Below are positions 42,869-52,699 of a stretch of DNA of 64,000 nucleotides, piece by piece; position 1 is the first letter of the stretch; every line of letters begins with the position of its first letter. The stretch is from NCBI GenBank assembly GCA_964568665.1, contig CAZMPY010000005.1, forward strand, positions 64,742 through 128,741. Direction: 5' to 3'. Both the position numbers and the translations under genes were made by a program. Source of the stretch: an uncultured Thermoplasmata archaeon. GTDB lineage: Archaea; Thermoplasmatota; Thermoplasmata; UBA10834. Under the pieces are notes generated by a model. The model worked only from the letters and a program-made list of their open reading frames with translations, did not search any database and had not been told where the DNA came from.

Positions 42869-44488
42869 TCAGCAGTTTCCGGCTCCGATTTGATGCGTTT
42901 GCGCCTTGTCAAGAGCCTTGCGCAGCTCGCTCTCCAGCGCTTTCCTCTTTGAAATGTCGCTTACGATAGCCAGCACGCGTGCGGGTTCTCCGCCCTGGTC
43001 CAGCACGATGTCTCCGGCTTCGCGTATCCAATGGACCGAACCATCTGGCCATGCCGTGCGGTATTCGACGTCATATTCATTCTTGCCCTTCAGACATGCA
43101 TCTATCGCATCGGTGACTCTGTGCCGGTCTTCGAGGTGAACTCTGTCGAGAAGTACATCGTGGGTGAATCGGATCCCGCCCTGGTCAAAACCGAAGATCC
43201 GCTCCAAACCGTCAGACCCCGACAGCACACCTGTCTTGAGGTTCCAGTCCCAGGCGCCGCTCCTTGCTGCGAAAAGAGCCGACGAGAATCGGTCTTCGCC
43301 ATCAGCCAGCAGATCCTTTGCCAACATCTTGACCCTGGCCAGCGTAAGATCCCTCACGACTTCCTCGAGAAGACTCAGCTCCTCCTTGTAGATCACATGG
43401 CCAGGAGAGACACAAACGCTGAAGATCCCGATGAGGCTGCCCCGATATTCCATCGGGATTATCACGCTCGAGTGCCCCTCATGGCCGCAATTGCGATGAC
43501 ATCCAACGCATTCTTCTTCGGTTCCATTGACGACAGCGGTCTTGATTGATTTTGCCACCGATTTCACACAATTGGGGCCTTCCCCGCTCCCCTCAGGTGT
43601 TATCCTCCAAGACTCGGTTCCGTGCACTCCACAATGCCCGACAAGGACGATGCTCTTGCTGTCCGGATCACGCTGCAGGCCAATGGAGATGTCGATGAAC
43701 AGCTGCGTATCATCGAGCCGGGCAACCACCTTCTGCATGAGGGTGTCGATGTCCGACTCCCTGTTTATCAACTGATTCACGTCGTTTATGGCGGTGAGGA
43801 CCACATTCAGGTATCTCAACCGTTCCTCGTTCCGCTTCCTGACTCCGATATCTCTCGCCAGAATGGAATATGCGATTATCTTCCCCTCTTCGTCGGCTAT
43901 ACCGCCGATGTTGACCTCGAGGTCTATCGGTTTCCCTGAATTGTCTTTTCCGATTATCTCTTGCACCCTTGCCTCAGTCTTGTCAGTTACTTCTTTGATA
44001 GCCAGTTTGAGGAATTCAGGATCATTGAAGATCGGTATTGTCTTTCCAAGGAGCTCCTTGTCAGAGTATCCGAGCATCCTTTCGGCACTCCTATTCCAGA
44101 ACAAGACCAGTCCTTGCCCGTCGATGATCATTACTGCGTCGTGCGTCTGTTCGACGACGTTCTGATAGAATGCATAGCGGGACGCTTGGCTCTTGAGTTT
44201 GCTGGCGATGTCTCTGAAGATCTCATAATTCTGTTCCAATTCCGGTGATAAGAAATAGACTTCCCCGTAACCCGAAGTAGAAGACGAAGACGATGACGTG
44301 GTCAGCAAGCCGTGCTCGCAGAGGACATCTATGTGGTGCTTGACCGTCCGATAATTAAGTTGCAGGTTCTCCGCTAACTGATTGACGTTGTACGGACGTT
44401 GCCTCAGCAACTCGATTATCAGTATTCGGTTCTCTCCGCCTTTCTGGCCCAGTACCAGATGCGAGAGCGTTTGTACCAGGCTCGGCAT
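42869..44488 (-). CDS. ArsR-type wHTH - PAS - GAF-like - PAS transcription regulator
   Basis: N-terminal ENRILIIELLRQRPYNVNQLAENLQLNYRTVKHHIDVLCEHGLL. PAS cores (VMIIDGQGLVLFWNRSAERMLGY and the C-terminal WDWNLKTG...EYDVEYR...DGSVHWI). Confidence 0.8.
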   Translation of the reverse strand: MPSLVQTLSHLVLGQKGGENRILIIELLRQRPYNVNQLAENLQLNYRTVKHHIDVLCEHGLLTTSSSSSSTSGYGEVYFLSPELEQNYEIFRDIASKLKSQASRYAFYQNVVEQTHDAVMIIDGQGLVLFWNRSAERMLGYSDKELLGKTIPIFNDPEFLKLAIKEVTDKTEARVQEIIGKDNSGKPIDLEVNIGGIADEEGKIIAYSILARDIGVRKRNEERLRYLNVVLTAINDVNQLINRESDIDTLMQKVVARLDDTQLFIDISIGLQRDPDSKSIVLVGHCGVHGTESWRITPEGSGEGPNCVKSVAKSIKTAVVNGTEEECVGCHRNCGHEGHSSVIIPMEYRGSLIGIFSVCVSPGHVIYKEELSLLEEVVRDLTLARVKMLAKDLLADGEDRFSSALFAARSGAWDWNLKTGVLSGSDGLERIFGFDQGGIRFTHDVLLDRVHLEDRHRVTDAIDACLKGKNEYDVEYRTAWPDGSVHWIREAGDIVLDQGGEPARVLAIVSDISKRKALESELRKALDKAQTHQIGAGNC

Positions 44489-44753
44489 CTATGGCAAATT
44501 TGCATCTACATATATGAATGTTCCATTTCGGCGGCTCATCTGGATTATTATCGCATTGTTCGGATGTAACATCCACTTCAGAAGACACATCGCAACAACG
44601 ATGCTGGCGATAGGCGTCAAGTCGGAACCGAAAAAACTGCTGACTAGATTTGCATCTAATCCTGCACTGAATTGTCAACGATATTGAAATAACCGCATAA
44701 TGGCAGGTGTGATGACACCACTGAATAGAACAAAGTGAAGGGGCATTGAAAAA

Positions 44754-46166
44754 ATGAATAGAATCATGATTAAGACGTTCGTATCCTTGGCTGCGGTGCT
44801 CGCGCTGATGCTGAGCGCGCTGGCCATACCGACGTCCGCATCCGCGCAGACCGTGGACATGAGCGACGAGATAACGACAGAGACGGGCACGACCGACATG
44901 CTCGGGGGTGGCGATCACTTCTTCGTGCGCTTCGGCACTGATGCCGCATTCGGCATAGTCTGGGGCAATGACGACACCGAGAACAACGTGTACTTCGTCG
45001 CGATAAAGGCGAGGCACCTGGGATTCGCAGAGGTGCAAGACGGGGAAGGCAAGATGCTCTCCGAGAACCAGGCGATCGAGATCTACACGATCTACACCGT
45101 GAAGCTTGACAACCTGCTCGAGTTCGACGATGTCAACGACGACGGCACCCTTCCGTACTACAGGCTCTTCGACACGGGGACTGACGAGTACACGACCTAT
45201 GTGTCCACCGAGCCCCTGCTCAAGAAGGTCGATCTCGCGACATCGTGGAACGCCACGGACGTCGTTGAGACCAGCGACAGCGAGAAGAGGACATGGACCT
45301 TCGGACTCACGGCCAACGACGAGCCCTACAGTCAGCTGGATGCCGGCGCCGAATCCGCTGTCGGGGACAACCGGTTGAACAACCTGACGCTGACTTTCAA
45401 CCTCGAGGCCTCCCTGGTGGAGGTCGACGACGCGAGCATGCCCCAGTGGCGCATAGCCGTCCAGACGGGCGCTTCCGCGGGCTGGACCTACATGAACGCC
45501 GAGAGGCTGGAGAACATGGTGGCCTCGGGCAAGCTCATGAGCTACGATGTCAAGTGGGACCAGCGGATCGAAGGCTGGGACTACGACTCGGCGAACACGA
45601 ACCCCGTGCTGATGATGGAGTTCCAGGCGGTCATGATGAACGGCTTCCCGAACACGTGGATGAACGCCATGATGCTCCGCCACATGAACGCGGTCGGCGT
45701 CATGAACTGCGAGTCCACTGAGGGAGACAACCTCGCGGTCAACGACTCGACCGAGAGGCTGACGACCACCGAGCGCATCAAGACCAGCCTGACATTCGGG
45801 ACAGACTGGACCGGCATCGGAAGCCTGACATGGGTTGACGATGTGACAGTCGACGGCGAGCCTGAGCTCGTGAGGGCCCAGATAATGGAGGCATACAGGG
45901 TCGCCTCGACGAACACCGTGGCGGGGCACTCCATGAACTTCGCGGGCTTCGTCGCCCTGGGCGGCCTGATGTTCCCGGGCGGCGACCTGATCGTCCACGA
46001 CCCGACATTCACATCTGAGGCGTTTGTCGATGTGAGCGAGGGTGGCACGACGGGGCTGCCCCTGGTACTGATCGGCCTTGCGGTTGCGATCATCGCGATC
46101 ATAGTCGTCGCGGCTTTGTTCGCCGTGTTCTACGGCAAGAAGCCCCGCAAGGAAGACAAGAAGTGA
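44754..46166 (+). CDS. secreted protein with C-terminal TM anchor and basic tail, unknown family
   Basis: Signal peptide ...AIPTSASAQ. C-terminal LPLVLIGLAVAIIAIIVVAALFAVFYGKKPRKEDKK. The 605-aa antisense ORF was rejected. Confidence 0.7.
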   Translation: MNRIMIKTFVSLAAVLALMLSALAIPTSASAQTVDMSDEITTETGTTDMLGGGDHFFVRFGTDAAFGIVWGNDDTENNVYFVAIKARHLGFAEVQDGEGKMLSENQAIEIYTIYTVKLDNLLEFDDVNDDGTLPYYRLFDTGTDEYTTYVSTEPLLKKVDLATSWNATDVVETSDSEKRTWTFGLTANDEPYSQLDAGAESAVGDNRLNNLTLTFNLEASLVEVDDASMPQWRIAVQTGASAGWTYMNAERLENMVASGKLMSYDVKWDQRIEGWDYDSANTNPVLMMEFQAVMMNGFPNTWMNAMMLRHMNAVGVMNCESTEGDNLAVNDSTERLTTTERIKTSLTFGTDWTGIGSLTWVDDVTVDGEPELVRAQIMEAYRVASTNTVAGHSMNFAGFVALGGLMFPGGDLIVHDPTFTSEAFVDVSEGGTTGLPLVLIGLAVAIIAIIVVAALFAVFYGKKPRKEDKK

Positions 46167-46289
46167 TAGCAAACAAGATCACAAACCCCAATCAAACCCC
46201 TTACCCCAATTTTCCATGCCTCGATGGTCCTCTCTGACGGGAGTCCTCTACGAGAGTCTGCGTTACCCGCAGTACAGGCGCTACAGCTG

Positions 46290-46973
46290 TCACGCGCGCT
46301 GCATACAGACGCCCTTCTTGAACCCGCACCAGGGGCACAGGGGCGACCCCTTCGGCCAAGCGGCCTTGCAGCGCGGACACCCTCTGATGAAGCCGCAGTT
46401 CGGGCAGAAGGACATCTCGGGGTCCATGGCCGTCCCGCACTCGGGGCACTTGCTCATCTCCGGGGCCTTCTGAGGCGCGCCTTCGAGGTGCCCCTTGCCG
46501 CCGCAGCCCGGACATTCCTGGGACCCGGCGGGTCCCGGGATGACCCCGACGCCGCGGCACGCGGCGCACTTCGCGTTCCCCAGGCACCTGGGGCACTTGC
46601 CCGTCCCGCCGCAGAACGGGCATGCGCTCAGAGCAGAGCCCGTGCCGGACCCCTTGCATGCGGAGCAGTAGCCGTCCACGCAGCGGGACTCGGTGCCGTA
46701 GGCGATCATCGATGTGAAGTCGTTGTGCCCGTGGGCGGACGACGAGACGGTCCAGGTGCATCTCCCCGTGCCCCCGCACGCCTTGCAGAAATCGATCAGG
46801 CCGGAGCCGCCGCAGACCCGGCACTCGACCCGGCCCGATGTGGCATGGCTGACGATGATCTGTGTGCCGCAGTACATGCAGTGCGCCCGGTCGATGTCGG
46901 CTGGAAGGTTCAGGTTGGCCCCGCAGCTGGGGCAGATCGCAGGTATCAGCTTGACATCGACCATTTCCCTCAT
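46290..46973 (-). CDS. multi-zinc-finger protein (zinc ribbons plus DnaJ-type CxxCxGxG repeats)
   Basis: CPSCG..CMYCG, CRVCGGSG, CKACGGTG, CSACKGSG, CPFCGGTG, CPRC..CAAC, CPGCGGKG, CPECG..CPNCG, CPRC..CPWCG. The regular Cys spacing picks this frame over the overlapping ORFs. Confidence 0.7.
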   Translation of the reverse strand: MREMVDVKLIPAICPSCGANLNLPADIDRAHCMYCGTQIIVSHATSGRVECRVCGGSGLIDFCKACGGTGRCTWTVSSSAHGHNDFTSMIAYGTESRCVDGYCSACKGSGTGSALSACPFCGGTGKCPRCLGNAKCAACRGVGVIPGPAGSQECPGCGGKGHLEGAPQKAPEMSKCPECGTAMDPEMSFCPNCGFIRGCPRCKAAWPKGSPLCPWCGFKKGVCMQRA

Positions 46974-47076
46974 CCCGATGATGACGGGATTGGCGGAGCC
47001 GCGTTATATCTTCTTGCGGGGGAACCCGACAGGGCCACGGATGGGCCTCGCCCCCTGCGCGCATCGGTCCGGCTGG

Positions 47077-47772
47077 CTAGAGCCTGGACAGCTCCTTGCC
47101 GCAGCTCTCGCAGAAGCGCGCACCCGGGAGGCTCCTCGTGGAGCACCAGGGACAGAACAGCACCTGCTGCTGCGGGAAGTCTGGCGGTGGCGGCGGGGGC
47201 TCGTCGACCCGCTGCGGAGGACCCATCGGCGCCTGGGGCATCTGATAGGCGGCTGTCGGCGCCAGATCGGCGGGGCCGACCACGAGTGCCCCCCTCATCA
47301 GCCTGACCCCGTTCACCCTCATCGCGGCCTTCATGGCGGGGATGTACTCGACCGTGGCCGGGCCCTCCCGCATGAACGGCGCGAGCTCCTGCGTGTCGCG
47401 GACAGTTATCGGCCCGATGACCCAACCGGCGGGCGACTGCGACCTCCTGGCATATCCCTGGACGATCGTTACCTCTCCGGACTGAAGGACCTTCGCGACG
47501 TCCCTGCGCACGCGGAACGATGTCCCGGCCAGGGCGATGGATATGAGCCCGAACACAAGGGCCATCAGCGAGAACATGTCTATGTTGGCCTCCACGGGGC
47601 CGAACATCATTATCACGGATATGAAGACCGCGAACAGCGAGAAGAACGCGAGCGGCTTCTTGAGCTGCGTGTACGGCTTGGCCGCATCAGCGATCTCCTG
47701 CTCGGTCAGCGGGCGCTTGCTCACGGAGAAAGGCTGCCCGTATGCCGGGGGTGCGTTGTATGAGGGTATCAT
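47077..47772 (-). CDS. two-TM membrane protein with Pro-rich linker and C-terminal zinc ribbon
   Basis: The ATG at 47772 is preceded by GAGGTGATCAG. TM segments LAFFSLFAVFISVIMMFGPV and FSLMALVFGLISIALAG. C-terminal CPWCS...CESCG. Confidence 0.6.
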   Translation of the reverse strand: MIPSYNAPPAYGQPFSVSKRPLTEQEIADAAKPYTQLKKPLAFFSLFAVFISVIMMFGPVEANIDMFSLMALVFGLISIALAGTSFRVRRDVAKVLQSGEVTIVQGYARRSQSPAGWVIGPITVRDTQELAPFMREGPATVEYIPAMKAAMRVNGVRLMRGALVVGPADLAPTAAYQMPQAPMGPPQRVDEPPPPPPDFPQQQVLFCPWCSTRSLPGARFCESCGKELSRL

Positions 47773-47776
47773 CTGA

Positions 47777-48676
47777 TCACCTCGTCCCGCCCCATGGGTA
47801 TCCCTTGCAGTGAGGGCAGTACCAGGAGCCCGGGTCGTCCATGTCCTTGAAGTGGGATGTCGTGTGCGTCCCCTGGTGCTGCGGGCACTGCGGGGACTGC
47901 TGAGAGACGCTGTGGAACCATTCCCTCGGCGGCGGCGGCGCGCCCGGGCCCCGCCATATGGTCGGGTCGGGGGCGCCGTAGGTGATGCCGATGCCGCCCT
48001 GCGGCTGGCCCGGCTCCGGCGGACCGGTGGGCGCATACGGGTTCGTCTCGCTCACGACGCTCGGGGTGAGCTGGACATGGTTGGGTACGAACTGTCCCTG
48101 GATCGGCCGGAAACCGGGCTTCGGGGACGGGATGAGGAGCGCGATGACACCGACGGCGCCGGCAGCCCCGGACCCGACGGCGATGACTTCGCTGTATTCT
48201 CCCAGACCGAGCGCGACTCCGCCGCTCCTGACCAGGTCGAAGGTGCCGTGGATGGTCACACCTGCGTTCAAGTACGTGCCGGACCCGGTCATCTGGTCGC
48301 CGTTCACGGTCAGCGTGAACACGCCATCAGACGTGTCCGCATAGTACGGGCTGAAATAGGCGGTCATTGTGAACACGGTTCCATCGAAGGTGCCACCCAC
48401 GTCGATGGTGGTCGTCCCGCTGTCCGGATAGGCGATCCAGGTGCCTGTGACGCTGGAACCCGAGGTGGAGAGGACCAGTTTCGTATTCATGGACTCGGTT
48501 ATGGTGCTCCCGCCGAAATAGAGGTAGCTGGTCGTGTAACCCTTACCGTCGACCCTGGAGACCCATGTCCCCGACAGGCTAGCCGCGCTCGCATCCGTGC
48601 TCAGCAGAGCGGTCGCGAGGGCGACCGCGCTCAAAATCAGGATGCCACCGACGAACAGATTCACGACCCTTCGCAT
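47777..48676 (-). CDS. single-pass membrane protein: exported beta-rich domain, TM, Pro-rich region, C-terminal Cys/His zinc-binding motif
   Basis: Signal peptide ...STDASAAS. TM segment AVGSGAAGAVGVIALLI. C-terminal CPQHQGTHTTSH...WYCPHCKG. Its stop lies 4 nt before the next gene's start. Confidence 0.65.
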   Translation of the reverse strand: MRRVVNLFVGGILILSAVALATALLSTDASAASLSGTWVSRVDGKGYTTSYLYFGGSTITESMNTKLVLSTSGSSVTGTWIAYPDSGTTTIDVGGTFDGTVFTMTAYFSPYYADTSDGVFTLTVNGDQMTGSGTYLNAGVTIHGTFDLVRSGGVALGLGEYSEVIAVGSGAAGAVGVIALLIPSPKPGFRPIQGQFVPNHVQLTPSVVSETNPYAPTGPPEPGQPQGGIGITYGAPDPTIWRGPGAPPPPREWFHSVSQQSPQCPQHQGTHTTSHFKDMDDPGSWYCPHCKGYPWGGTR

Positions 48677-48966
48677 GACAACACCTTCAGGAGTTACTGA
48701 GCTCGACGGAATCGTACCGGGACCGGCCCGCGCCTCAGGCGCGGTCAGTGCAATCCCACGTCAGGGATTCCAAATGTCCGTGGAACCTATTAAACCATGG
48801 CGCGTAACGCCGTCCCGTCGGCTATGTGTGACCTTCACGCGACCCGATGATGACTCACTCGACCTGACGCGTCGGCAGTTTCAGGCGTGTACCATAAACG
48901 CCTTATGTGCTCCTGCGGTTCAACCGACCAGACCGTACGTATGCGGGACCGAGGAGGAATCAGAGG

Positions 48967-49359
48967 ATGAGACGCGGGGCATTGGGACTTGTAGTGATGG
49001 CAGTCATCGCCGTCGTGGCAATCGGAGCGCAGAGCGCCTTGGCAGGGCCCGTCCAGTCGCTGACGGCGTGCCTGAAGACGGAACCTGGACAGCCTCTTGG
49101 CACGGCCGTCTACTCGTGGTGGGACAACGACACGAGCAGGCTGGAGATCACCGTCGCCGGTGCTGTCCCTGGGACCTACTGCGTGTTCATCGACAAGGTG
49201 CGCCTTGATGCGAAGCTCACGGTGGACGACGCCGGGGCGGGCGCCCTGAAGCTTGACACCAGGTGGGGAGACATCATCCCGGTCGTAGTATCCGGGTCGA
49301 CCATCTCCATGAAGAACTGCGCCGACACGACCGTCGTGATCTGCGGCATGTTCAAGTAG
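48967..49359 (+). CDS. small secreted protein
   Basis: ATG at 48967 after GGAGGAATCAGAGG. Signal peptide LGLVVMAVIAVVAIGAQSALA. Confidence 0.5.
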   Translation: MRRGALGLVVMAVIAVVAIGAQSALAGPVQSLTACLKTEPGQPLGTAVYSWWDNDTSRLEITVAGAVPGTYCVFIDKVRLDAKLTVDDAGAGALKLDTRWGDIIPVVVSGSTISMKNCADTTVVICGMFK

Positions 49360-49469
49360 GACCGGCGTCCGGAGCCGGGCCGTTCAAACTCATTCCCATC
49401 ATACTTCTGCGGAACATATGACCGGGCATGCGCTTCTCCGATCGTGCTGAGACCCGCCGCGGTTGACGC

Positions 49470-49946
49470 TCAGGCCGCTATCGAGATCGTCGTTCTCGCA
49501 GAGAACTCAAATTCCCGACAACTATCCTCCGCGAGGAGGGTATAGGAACCTGGGGACAGCACCTGCTCGTCCATATCATCGACCTGTTCCCAGTAGCATC
49601 CGCCGGTCAGGGTCTCCCCCGGTCCGAGCGTCTCGTATACTAACCACATCAAGGCAATCTGCGGGATGGAACAGACGAACGAGCCGTTCGAATCATGCAC
49701 GCTGAAGGATGCCACGAGGCTGCTGCAGAAAGTCAAATCGACCGTGTCAAAACCGTGGTTCGTGTACTCGACGTGAATGTAGATCATATCGCCCAGAGAA
49801 TACTGCTCCTTATCCGTGTGGACCGTGAAGACGACACCGCGCTCCAGTCGGTCCACGACATACGCTGCGACGACCACCGATGCGAGCACGACTACGGCGA
49901 CGATGACCAGTGCATACATCTTCCTCCGCGCTGGCAAAGGACTCAT
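49470..49946 (-). CDS. membrane-anchored protein with BsuPI-like (intracellular proteinase inhibitor fold) domain
   Basis: Start is ATG 49946 or 49919. TM segment YALVIVAVVVLASVVVAAYVV. The pattern FTVHTDKEQYSLGD.I.I.V..TN.G...V.L.F.S...F.V.D.NG...L.PGE resembles BsuPI. Recalled from memory. Confidence 0.5.
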   Translation of the reverse strand: MSPLPARRKMYALVIVAVVVLASVVVAAYVVDRLERGVVFTVHTDKEQYSLGDMIYIHVEYTNHGFDTVDLTFCSSLVASFSVHDSNGSFVCSIPQIALMWLVYETLGPGETLTGGCYWEQVDDMDEQVLSPGSYTLLAEDSCREFEFSARTTISIAA

Positions 49947-50276
49947 CAGATCATTTGTCGGCACACCAGCCTCAGGCCCCACAGGCGAACCTCCGTCGAA
50001 TTGCAGACAGTCGCAGCTATAATATCTTTTCAATCGAGCCTCTGGCGCTGCGACAACGTGCATTGAGGCTCGACCGCTCCGCCTCTGCGAGAAGAGACGG
50101 GCAACACGCGTTCCGGCATGGGCGGTGAACGCGCCGTCATCCCCCGGTCTCAATCACCGTGACCGCGACAGTGTCCGTGCCGGGCATATGCCTGACAAGA
50201 TCCTGCAGGATGACCGCGAGGTCAACACCGACCCACACATGATATAGCGGAAACAGATTCATCCTCACGAGGGGAT

Positions 50277-51068
50277 TTGGTGGAGCTCGGGGCATGGCAC
50301 ATCGTCTGTGCGGTGACCGCAGTGGTAGTCGTGTGGTCCTTCATGACTTACCTGCTTTGCCTCCCCATTCTCATCATCGCACTGACAATCGTCATCGTCG
50401 CTACTTACGGCATCCTCAGGAAGCCCCGGGCCGAAGACCTCATGACAGGCATGAGATGGCCCGACGACAAGGGGGCGCTCAGGCGGAACAACATCCGCAT
50501 GGCGGTCGTCCTTGTCGCCGCCGTCCTGGTCACGGCCGGGACGCTCGCCCTCGTGAAGGACTACATCTACGACTCGGAAAGTTGGATCGAGCACTCGTAC
50601 AGCGTATCCATCGACGCGCTCACGACCGACAATTACACGGTCATGTGCCCGGTCCCGTGCGACAGCGACGGGGCGATCTACGAGGGATTCCTGGACGAAC
50701 TCGAGGTCGTGGATGGGACCGCGGTCCTCACGCTGCTCTACACCGAGCACGGACGAGCCCTCTTCATACAGGGACAAGGGGACCTCGAACTCGAATGGAA
50801 CGCCTCATACACCTCCAGGTCCATCGACGGGGAGAAACTACAGACAATGACCATGACGGAGAACCTCGATTGGGACGCAGCGACGTCCTGGGTCTACTCG
50901 GACAGCGGCGGCATAAGCATCGAGATTCACCGCACGTCCAGCTGGCGCGAGATGGTCAGCGGGGGAATACCGTCGGGAGGCTTAGCCGGTTATATGCTCA
51001 CGACCGAACCCGAAGGGGCGGGCTGGGAGACGGTCGTGGCGGAGCTCCGCCTGTATGCCATATCATGA
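50277..51068 (+). CDS. hypothetical membrane protein
   Basis: 263-aa ORF with a TTG start (uncertain). 3 N-terminal TM segments, then a soluble domain. Confidence 0.5.
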   Translation: MVELGAWHIVCAVTAVVVVWSFMTYLLCLPILIIALTIVIVATYGILRKPRAEDLMTGMRWPDDKGALRRNNIRMAVVLVAAVLVTAGTLALVKDYIYDSESWIEHSYSVSIDALTTDNYTVMCPVPCDSDGAIYEGFLDELEVVDGTAVLTLLYTEHGRALFIQGQGDLELEWNASYTSRSIDGEKLQTMTMTENLDWDAATSWVYSDSGGISIEIHRTSSWREMVSGGIPSGGLAGYMLTTEPEGAGWETVVAELRLYAIS

Positions 51069-51238
51069 TCGTCTTGGCACGGAACGCGACCAGGAATGGA
51101 CCCACGGACCCATCTACGTCGACGGGTGGAGACTGGCGCATGCATCAAAGAGGGAGGCAACAATGTACCTTGACTCCCGGGGCCGAGACGGCCGTGCAAA
51201 CACCACGAGCGCCCTATGTCCGTTTTAATGCAACAGGC

Positions 51239-51246
51239 AATATATA
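51239..51246 (+). promoter_or_regulatory. TATA box of the trp operon
   Basis: aatatata lies 26 nt upstream of the trpE ATG at 51272 and is immediately followed by gtacattg. Confidence 0.4.
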
Positions 51247-51271
51247 GTACATTGATGGTCATATTAACCCA

Positions 51272-52699
51272 ATGATGAACGGAAGTGATTCGCCGGAGCA
51301 TGACGACATGCTCACGGACCAGACAGGCGCACGCCTCACGACGAGCGTCATGCTGGAGAAGGGCATCTCCCTCGACCCGCTCTCCGTCTTCCACTCGCTG
51401 CGAGAGAGATATCCCGGCGAATGCTTTCTGCTAGAATCCGTCGAAGGCACTCAGAAGACCGCGAGGTACTCCTTCGTGGGCGTCGACCCCGTCCTCGTCG
51501 TCAAAGCGGAAGGTGACAAGCTGTCGGTCAACGGGACCACACGAACAGTCAACGACCCGTACGGCTCCGTCCGCAACCTGTTCAGGTCCATCAACTGCGG
51601 GGCATCGGAACTCGCCCCGTTCTCCGGAGGGATGGTCGGCTACGTCGGGTACGGCATGGTCTCCCATTTCGAGGGGATCGAGCAGGGCCCGCCCTCCGAC
51701 GACCCGCTGCCCGACATGCACTTCACCGTCCCGAGACACCTCGTCTGCATCGACCACCTCAACGCGCGCACGCTCCTGATCTCGCACGGCAAGGTCTCGG
51801 AACTGAGGGACGCACTCGCCGAGGCAAGACCCGCCCCCGAGCTCGACCTGTCCGTCGGCGAGGGCAGGCCGAACCTCACGCAGGACGAGTTCGAGGAGAT
51901 GGTCGTCCGGTCCAAGGAGAAGATCCTGGACGGGGACATCTTCCAGGTCGTACTATCCCGCAAGACGGACTTCACCGTCCGCGGGGACCCGCTCGAGATG
52001 TACAGGACCCTCAGGCGCCTGAACCCGTCCCCGTACCTGTTCTACCTGGACTTCGGCAAGGTGCAGCTCCTCGGGTCCTCGCCCGAGATGCTCGTCCGCC
52101 TCGAAGGGACCAAGCTCACGACGCGCCCGCTCGCGGGCACGCGTCCCAGAGCGGCGGATGTCGAGGAGGATGAGAAGCTCAAGCTCGACCTCCTGCTCGA
52201 CGAGAAGGAGCGCGCGGAACACCTGATGCTCGTGGACCTGCACAGGAACGACATGGGCAGGGTCTCGAGGTTCGGGTCGGTCAAGGTCACGGACCTGATG
52301 TCCATCGAGAAGTACTCCCACGTGCAGCACATCGTGAGCAACATCGAGAGCGAGATCGCACCCGACAGGGACGCGTTCGATGCGCTCAAGGCGTGCTTCC
52401 CCGCGGGCACCGTCACCGGAGCCCCCAAGGTCCGCGCGATGGAGATCATATCCGAACTGGAGCCGACCAGGAGGGGGCCGTATGCGGGCACCGTCGGGTA
52501 CTTCGACTTCACCGGGGACATGGACTTCGCGATCACAATAAGATCAATCGTCGTGTCCGGCGACCGGGCCAGCATCCAAGCAGGCGCGGGCATAGTCGCC
52601 GATTCGGTCCCGGAGAGGGAGTTCGCAGAGACTGAACACAAGATGGGCGCGATGCTCCAGGCGATGGCCGACAGGCGCGGAAGGGGACGGTCCACATGA
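51272..52699 (+). CDS. trpE: anthranilate synthase component I
   Basis: LNPSPYLFYLDFG, GTRPR, LLDEKERAEHLMLVDL.RND, GAPK.RAMEII.ELE...RG.YAG.VGY. Confidence 0.9.
   Translation: MMNGSDSPEHDDMLTDQTGARLTTSVMLEKGISLDPLSVFHSLRERYPGECFLLESVEGTQKTARYSFVGVDPVLVVKAEGDKLSVNGTTRTVNDPYGSVRNLFRSINCGASELAPFSGGMVGYVGYGMVSHFEGIEQGPPSDDPLPDMHFTVPRHLVCIDHLNARTLLISHGKVSELRDALAEARPAPELDLSVGEGRPNLTQDEFEEMVVRSKEKILDGDIFQVVLSRKTDFTVRGDPLEMYRTLRRLNPSPYLFYLDFGKVQLLGSSPEMLVRLEGTKLTTRPLAGTRPRAADVEEDEKLKLDLLLDEKERAEHLMLVDLHRNDMGRVSRFGSVKVTDLMSIEKYSHVQHIVSNIESEIAPDRDAFDALKACFPAGTVTGAPKVRAMEIISELEPTRRGPYAGTVGYFDFTGDMDFAITIRSIVVSGDRASIQAGAGIVADSVPEREFAETEHKMGAMLQAMADRRGRGRST

Noticed and set aside
44355-46172. 605-aa minus-strand ORF covering the whole 44754..46166 locus
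   Set aside because: Its translation is Arg/His/Val-rich with no signal or motif. The plus-strand product has a signal peptide, sensible composition and a C-terminal anchor. The 5' end of this ORF also runs into the regulator gene.
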